Source: an uncultured Clostridiaceae bacterium (GTDB lineage Bacteria; Bacillota; UBA994; PWPR01). From it: DNA of 49,334 nt. Made by a program: the position numbers and the translations under genes. Where the stretch lies: assembly GCA_964625175.1 (NCBI GenBank), contig CAZVAO010000002.1, positions 1 through 49,334 of the forward strand, in the 5' to 3' direction. Positions 44,199 through 49,334 of the stretch are shown piece by piece. Position 1 is the first letter of the stretch. Each line of letters opens with the position of its first letter. The notes beneath the pieces are model-generated. The model was not told the origin of the DNA and did not search any database. It saw only the letters and a list, made by a program, of their open reading frames with translations.

Positions 44199-47100
44199 TT
44201 ATTCGACACTTCTCCTTCTATTAATAACCACATACAGCGTTATTATTGCTAGTATTGCCACTAGCCCCAGAATCATTACACCTAGGAATCCATCATCTTC
44301 TCCACCCTGAAGATCTGCAACTTCAGATACCATCGCTTCTGGCAATTCCTTAGTAGTAACCAAATAATCAGACATCGTATTGTTTTTATAGGTTACCACA
44401 CCTTCGGCGCCCACCAATAAATCCTGCCCAATCAAAATGAATTGACTGTTCTCTGAATCGAATCGATATACATTCACTTGGCTTCCGTCGGTAATATCGG
44501 TATCAATCGTAAAGGTCGCCATTCCTGGCAGTTGTCCATGGTGCTGGAATGCAAACGTGAAGTTTTCCCCTCCCGCCCCTATTTTTTCAAGAATCTCACT
44601 CGCATGGAAAGCCTCAGGAGAATATTCGAAATTGAACATGTCGTACTCGGAGGCATTTTTCACGCTATTCCCTGTAAATGTAATCCCTACCCCCTCCTGC
44701 TGAAAGGTCAGTTCAGCTTTAGGATTTTTCATCAAGCCCATAAAATAATCACCAGGGACCAACGCTCCTGTATACGCGTCAAGTTCCACCAGAAAGGATC
44801 CCCTACCCTGCACATTCATAGCCTCTAAAAGTGCTCCGTATTCAAGATAAGTAGTACGATTGTCCAGTGGATTCACAATTTTATTGTCGAATTCACTTTC
44901 AAGATCTTGCCGATTGATAGGCTCTCCGTTAAATATCCCAAAATCAGAACTATTGATATGAATTTCTCCTGCAATCTCCTTTACAAGCTGCGCTATGATT
45001 TCTGCCGCATTATAGGGGATGAAACTGTCTTTGTAATGATATTTCAGGCACCACGGCGCTGAATCATACAAATACTTTATGGTTGTTGAACCCTCTACGC
45101 CTATTCTGAAGGAAGGCTCCCAACGAATATATTTTGCACCATTGTAAATAAATCTGTCATTCGTATAGACATCTCTAGCATCATCACATCGTATGACTAT
45201 TGACGATGTTATGGCCGGCATCTCTTCAGCAAGCAATTTAAATTCTAAGGGCTCTTCTTGGGAAAAGGAAAATGTCGGTTGATCATCGGGGGATAGCGGT
45301 GCAGCCAGCAGACTCAAACCATTGTCAGTTGATAAAGTGCCAAATCCTATCCTAACGACCAAAGAGCATTCCTGTGTATCCGAACCGACAGCATTCGCCG
45401 CCTTAATCGTGAAATAGTAGGTCCCTACTGCAATACCACCATGGAAGGTAAGCAAACCCGTTTCAGCATCAATGGTGATGCCCTCAGGGAGTCTATATCC
45501 ACTGGTCGGAATGATGGACCATTCAATTGGGGTAGATCCAGTAGCACTAATTTGAACATCAAGATCCTTGTCACTGGCAGTCCTTAAAAAAGCATAACCA
45601 TGATCTTCAATCACAATGGTCGGCGCTGTGCGCAATGCCCTTTGCACGGTTAGCTTGCAGGCCTGCGTGTCTGACCCTGCTTCATTTGCAGCTTTGATGG
45701 TGAAATAATAGATACCTTCTCCGACCTGGCCACTAATAGACAGCAGTCCTGTTTTATAATTTATGGTCACTCCTACGGGCATCTCGTATCCCCTCGTAGC
45801 CATCAGTGACCACTCAATTGGGGTGCTACCCGTTGCACTTATTTGGATATTAAAGTCCCTGCGATCGTCAAATTTCGAAAAGTCATAGCCATGCTCTTCG
45901 GCCAGAATTGCGGGAGCTACAGCAGCCTCTTTTACGATCAGCTTGCACGCCTGTAGATCAAAACCTGCTTCATTTTCAGCTTTGATGCTAAACTCGTAAA
46001 TGCCAGCTTCTATCGTTTTGCTAAACGTCATCACCCCAGATAAAGACCCAATCGCCACGCCGTCTGGCACGGCGCTATCTATCGAAATAAGAGACCAACT
46101 TATCGGTGTGCTACCGCTTGCCTTTACCAAAACAGATGAACTTTCTTCACCCTCTATCACAGTGAAGTCATATCCATGACTCGCTACTAAAATTTCAGGT
46201 TGGACCAAGACCTCAACGGGCGGATCTTCCTCTATTGGTGGTTCTTCTTCTGTGGGGGGTTCTTCCTCTTCAGGTGGCTCCACTACTAGAGGGGGATCAG
46301 GCTCTTCAGGGTCTTCCACAGGTACATTTGTGCCTTTGGTGATCGTCAAAGTAAACATCTGTTCATCCGGTGGAGAAGGATCATTCCCTTCATAATAATC
46401 GTTTTTAACAAGATTAAATAATTGGGCTGTGGTATTTAACCACGACGGGGTGCGGCTTCTATCCTCTTCGGCTCTTATGGTGAATTGATATTCCTTTTCT
46501 GCCAAGCCCGCGGGAATCGTCATGGATACTTTATCATCGGTTCCGATACCCAATTTAACACCCGCTGGTGCATCTTCCAATGTAAAAAGGAAAGGTGCAT
46601 ATCCTGAGGCGGTAATAAGGAATTGCCCACCGTTGGTTGTATAATTTCCGTGATCGGGGCTCGTGATCTTCACAGGGTTCTTATGGGCCTGCCAGACCCA
46701 TTCTGCTGTGATTTCTCTCGCAAGGACCGATGTTCCTGTTTCATTTCCGTTAATGTCCAGCACCGGTGTCAAGATGTATGAGTCTTGATCGGATACCGTA
46801 ACAGGATTAACACCTCCCAAATAAGGCAGGCTATAATTTGGATTCAAAGGGTGTCCTCGAGCAGGGTCGTCTACAGAGGAGATCCCCCAGGTATCCACTA
46901 TCAGTTCATTCTCGGTAAAAGTGCGGGTGCCGTATGGATTCATAAACCAGATGTATTCCTTGTATGTCACACTATCGATGATCTTCCCATTCTCTTCTTT
47001 TCTGCTAAAGGAATTTGGGACCTCTTCAACGATGCGATTATAAGTCATGGTTAGTGTTGGAGCAAACCACCGATTCGTTGTCGTTACTGCACCATTGTGA

Positions 47101-49214
47101 TTGATGGAAATGAGAAAAGTTGTATAAAGCGATCCCTGTGTGGGGGGTTGTACGTCTAAATTATTAACAACATTCTCTGGAATATTTACCCTGGTGTCGA
47201 ATTGTCCTGTTTCATCTGTCATAATGACTGCTACGCCATGATGGGAGATGGTCACAGGCATATTACTGTAATAACTGGTTTCATACTGCTCTTCTAGCGG
47301 ATCCGCTGGTGTTGCAGCCCAGTTAATGATGCGGATCGGCATGACCTGTCCTGTCACAAAGTCGTTAAAATAATCGGCACTGTATATTTCCATACGTTCG
47401 AACTCAAATGTTGGGGATTGCGGCTGGGAAAAATAATGATTTTCTGCATCTCTAAATTCAAGATAAACCTTGTCGCCGTTGTAAAGCATTTCATTCGTTT
47501 CGTCCTCATAGAAAAACTCACCCTCTGCATTCGTGGTGTCATAGCCTGTAGCAGGGTATTTTCGTATGGACGACTTATCTATATCTCCAGGGATATTAGG
47601 GTTAAATGTTTCATTTTCAGGCACGACAAGAATACGGTACTCTATACCTTCTACTGGCATATCTGGCGTATCGAGATCAGAAGATTGTTCTTTAATAATT
47701 CCACCTACGCGAGATGGCACGATGAAGACCTCCATGAATGAAACAACATAGTTCCCGGTGCTTGCCTGTTTCCGCTTCACAATAGTGGGCCTTGCACTAA
47801 TCAAGTTAAACCTTTCCCCTGCAAAATGAGCTTTAGCTTCCATGATGCCGTACAACTCCACGTCCAGCAGATAACCATCCTCCTGCACGTTAGCACCCGT
47901 TCCCAAATAGGCACTTGCTCCTACAAGGTCAAAGCCGAATATTTCAAGCCCCATTTCAGGACCAAATTTCAAGTATCCCTTTATTGCACCGCTCATGGCA
48001 AGATCGCCATCTCCCTTGAATGACTCCAATCCATATAATGGATGAACACTTGTCGGAATATATAATTTAGTGCTGCCCTTAACACCAATGGATGCTTTTG
48101 CGTATTCCCGTGCACCTATTTCAAGACGCATTTTCCCATCTAAGCCAACTACAATAAAGACACCACCAGAGATGCTGCCGACCCCAAGGTCTACACCGAT
48201 CCCTATGATCGGAATCTTAACCTCTTGTTTGCCAATGGCCTTCATATCCACATGCAGATAGCTTTCCTCTGCAATGGAAAGTGCTATCCGATAGCCATTA
48301 AAGCCACTATACTTGGCATTCAGGCTCATGTTTCCTACAGCGATGCCTCCTGTAACACCGATTTTGATCTTTGAACCATCTTCTAGCCACCCATCCAGTT
48401 GTTCATCCTCAAACTTAAAGGATACCAACGGGGAGTCAAGATATTCGAAATCATTGTAGTCGTTTTCTAGTGCCAGAAATTGAAAACCAGAAGGATCAAC
48501 CACATTCTTTTCCACATTTTCAGCGAAGCCCGTGATGTTGCCTCGGGTAAGCGTAATAGTCTCGCCATCATTGCTTGTGCCGCCGAGGCTGAAATCCTTA
48601 AGGACCTCGTGAAGCTGAGGTCTAGTAATACTATATGTGCCATCCAGTGCTTCTGCAACCGCCCAAAGCTCATCGATGCCCTCTGCCCCATCAGCCAAAT
48701 CAGGCAAGCCATCAAATGAAGTAGGTGCCACAACCTTAAAGGCTGTTCCTGAAGTCTCATCTACCACAATGGTCCCTATATCAATCTGTCGTCCGGCCTG
48801 ACTAGCTGCAGTATCCAAAATATCCATAGGAACATAGCCGCCTTCGGCAACGATAAAGCGCGGGCGCAGATTTTGTATAGTGCTTCCAGAGATCAGCTGA
48901 GTTCTGGAGGCAATATTCGCGGTTACCTCCTGACCAACCATTAAGACATGATCTTGTAGTTCATAGCTTACGGTGGAAAACTGAGCTGGGGCCTCCCCCT
49001 GAACCAACTTATTCCATCTATTACTTGGTGATAGAAACGCATATTCAACATATTCGCTCGTAGGCTCTGTCTCAAGATTTTCTTCCGTTGGTTGGGTCCG
49101 TTGAAACTCCCCATAATCATCAGCATCATTCGATAGAGAGCGGGCATTTACAATGGGTGTAAACGGTGCTAAAAGCAAGCTAATCATAACGATATAGGGA
49201 ATTATCCTTTTCAC
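44199..49214 (-). CDS. giant secreted, C-terminally membrane-anchored surface protein with Ig-like (He_PIG-type) repeats
   Basis: 1671 aa. GTG start 7 nt after GAGGAGA. Signal peptide MKRIIPYIVMISLLLAPFTPIVNA. Pro/Glu-rich linker. Three tandem repeats of about 95 aa (HGYDF...SATGSTPIEWS...G.YYFTIKAANEAGSDTQ.C.L.V). C-terminal hydrophobic helix followed by NRRRSVE. Confidence 0.85.
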   Translation of the reverse strand: MKRIIPYIVMISLLLAPFTPIVNARSLSNDADDYGEFQRTQPTEENLETEPTSEYVEYAFLSPSNRWNKLVQGEAPAQFSTVSYELQDHVLMVGQEVTANIASRTQLISGSTIQNLRPRFIVAEGGYVPMDILDTAASQAGRQIDIGTIVVDETSGTAFKVVAPTSFDGLPDLADGAEGIDELWAVAEALDGTYSITRPQLHEVLKDFSLGGTSNDGETITLTRGNITGFAENVEKNVVDPSGFQFLALENDYNDFEYLDSPLVSFKFEDEQLDGWLEDGSKIKIGVTGGIAVGNMSLNAKYSGFNGYRIALSIAEESYLHVDMKAIGKQEVKIPIIGIGVDLGVGSISGGVFIVVGLDGKMRLEIGAREYAKASIGVKGSTKLYIPTSVHPLYGLESFKGDGDLAMSGAIKGYLKFGPEMGLEIFGFDLVGASAYLGTGANVQEDGYLLDVELYGIMEAKAHFAGERFNLISARPTIVKRKQASTGNYVVSFMEVFIVPSRVGGIIKEQSSDLDTPDMPVEGIEYRILVVPENETFNPNIPGDIDKSSIRKYPATGYDTTNAEGEFFYEDETNEMLYNGDKVYLEFRDAENHYFSQPQSPTFEFERMEIYSADYFNDFVTGQVMPIRIINWAATPADPLEEQYETSYYSNMPVTISHHGVAVIMTDETGQFDTRVNIPENVVNNLDVQPPTQGSLYTTFLISINHNGAVTTTNRWFAPTLTMTYNRIVEEVPNSFSRKEENGKIIDSVTYKEYIWFMNPYGTRTFTENELIVDTWGISSVDDPARGHPLNPNYSLPYLGGVNPVTVSDQDSYILTPVLDINGNETGTSVLAREITAEWVWQAHKNPVKITSPDHGNYTTNGGQFLITASGYAPFLFTLEDAPAGVKLGIGTDDKVSMTIPAGLAEKEYQFTIRAEEDRSRTPSWLNTTAQLFNLVKNDYYEGNDPSPPDEQMFTLTITKGTNVPVEDPEEPDPPLVVEPPEEEEPPTEEEPPIEEDPPVEVLVQPEILVASHGYDFTVIEGEESSSVLVKASGSTPISWSLISIDSAVPDGVAIGSLSGVMTFSKTIEAGIYEFSIKAENEAGFDLQACKLIVKEAAVAPAILAEEHGYDFSKFDDRRDFNIQISATGSTPIEWSLMATRGYEMPVGVTINYKTGLLSISGQVGEGIYYFTIKAANEAGSDTQACKLTVQRALRTAPTIVIEDHGYAFLRTASDKDLDVQISATGSTPIEWSIIPTSGYRLPEGITIDAETGLLTFHGGIAVGTYYFTIKAANAVGSDTQECSLVVRIGFGTLSTDNGLSLLAAPLSPDDQPTFSFSQEEPLEFKLLAEEMPAITSSIVIRCDDARDVYTNDRFIYNGAKYIRWEPSFRIGVEGSTTIKYLYDSAPWCLKYHYKDSFIPYNAAEIIAQLVKEIAGEIHINSSDFGIFNGEPINRQDLESEFDNKIVNPLDNRTTYLEYGALLEAMNVQGRGSFLVELDAYTGALVPGDYFMGLMKNPKAELTFQQEGVGITFTGNSVKNASEYDMFNFEYSPEAFHASEILEKIGAGGENFTFAFQHHGQLPGMATFTIDTDITDGSQVNVYRFDSENSQFILIGQDLLVGAEGVVTYKNNTMSDYLVTTKELPEAMVSEVADLQGGEDDGFLGVMILGLVAILAIITLYVVINRRRSVE
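45353..46200 (-). repeat. three tandem coding repeats of about 285 bp (Ig-like modules) inside the giant gene
   Basis: Module boundaries read from the DNA: ...QACKLIVKEAAVAPAILA at about 45915, ...QACKLTVQRALRTAPTIV at about 45630, and ...QECSLVVR ending at about 45353. The copies have diverged at the nucleotide level. Confidence 0.8.
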
Positions 49215-49334
49215 GCCATCATCTCCTCTAGGTCATATATTCTTCAGCAATAGATTCATCTATTTGTTGCGCTATAAATCATCTTATCTATAATTATAGC
49301 CCCTTCCAGTGGTGATGTAAAATATAAGAATCTT

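Noticed and set aside
44-49334. The many 60-116-aa ORFs in the supplied track that lie antisense to or inside larger genes. Examples: 44..310, 1441..1731, 2067..2288, 4038..4241, 6551..6790, 10349..10946, 11165..11455, 12534..12985, 17476..17815, 25314..25617, 32007..32484, 36539..36917, 38137..38469, 40483..40756, 44478..44828, 47418..47751 and 48467..48760.
   Set aside because: All are shadow ORFs overlapping strongly supported CDSs. They lack RBSs and have low-complexity or compositionally odd translations.
1-49334. A search for tRNA/rRNA genes, transposases, integrases, prophage genes, toxin-antitoxin pairs and restriction-modification or other defence genes
   Set aside because: None was found. 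There are no tRNA T-arm-like GGTTCGAATCC-type motifs in plausible contexts, no rRNA-like conserved stretches, and no DDE, tyrosine or serine recombinase-like ORFs. The window looks like core chromosome rather than an island. The methyltransferase at 24910-25569 is a small-molecule/protein-type class I enzyme with a zinc ribbon, not a DNA MTase with a partner nuclease.

Overview
This is a 49.3 kb chromosomal window from a low-GC bacterium with Bacillota-like gene grammar: strong AGGAGG-type RBSs, lipobox lipoproteins, a Ctc-type L25, and hairpin plus T-run terminators. I support about 36 real CDSs. Most are ordinary metabolism and maintenance genes: two VOC/glyoxalase paralogs flanking an ABC-F ATPase, agmatinase, SDRs, a MoaD-like protein with a tungsten-type aldehyde:ferredoxin oxidoreductase, a DEAD-box helicase, SbcCD, a lone arginine deiminase, an OYE flavoenzyme, GNAT, a threonine-aldolase-like PLP enzyme, an orphan multi-PAS histidine kinase, M20 and S10 peptidases, a CapA-like protein, an HD protein, a persulfide-dioxygenase/rhodanese fusion with a split YeeE/YedE transporter, an LRR lipoprotein, a SOUL protein and L25/Ctc. 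Two regions stand out. The first (33.1-39.2 kb) is a cluster that reads as a trans-3-hydroxy-L-proline/prolyl-peptide salvage locus. It holds a Cys/Thr proline-racemase-like dehydratase, an OCD/mu-crystallin reductase, an RpiR regulator and two tandem paralogous amidohydrolases. The second is a 1671-aa secreted, membrane-anchored protein with Ig-like repeats, next to a PAS-only protein. I found no rRNA, tRNA, CRISPR array, transposase, integrase, phage gene or recognisable defence system. The least explained signal is in the non-coding DNA. The intergenic regions are mosaics of several short-repeat families: 11-bp phased TTGAC-type arrays, CTAAC-rich blocks, CA(A/G)AAG triplets, a dispersed 66-bp palindrome and a 34-bp tandem hairpin element. 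All motif coordinates were counted by hand and may be off by 1-2 nt.
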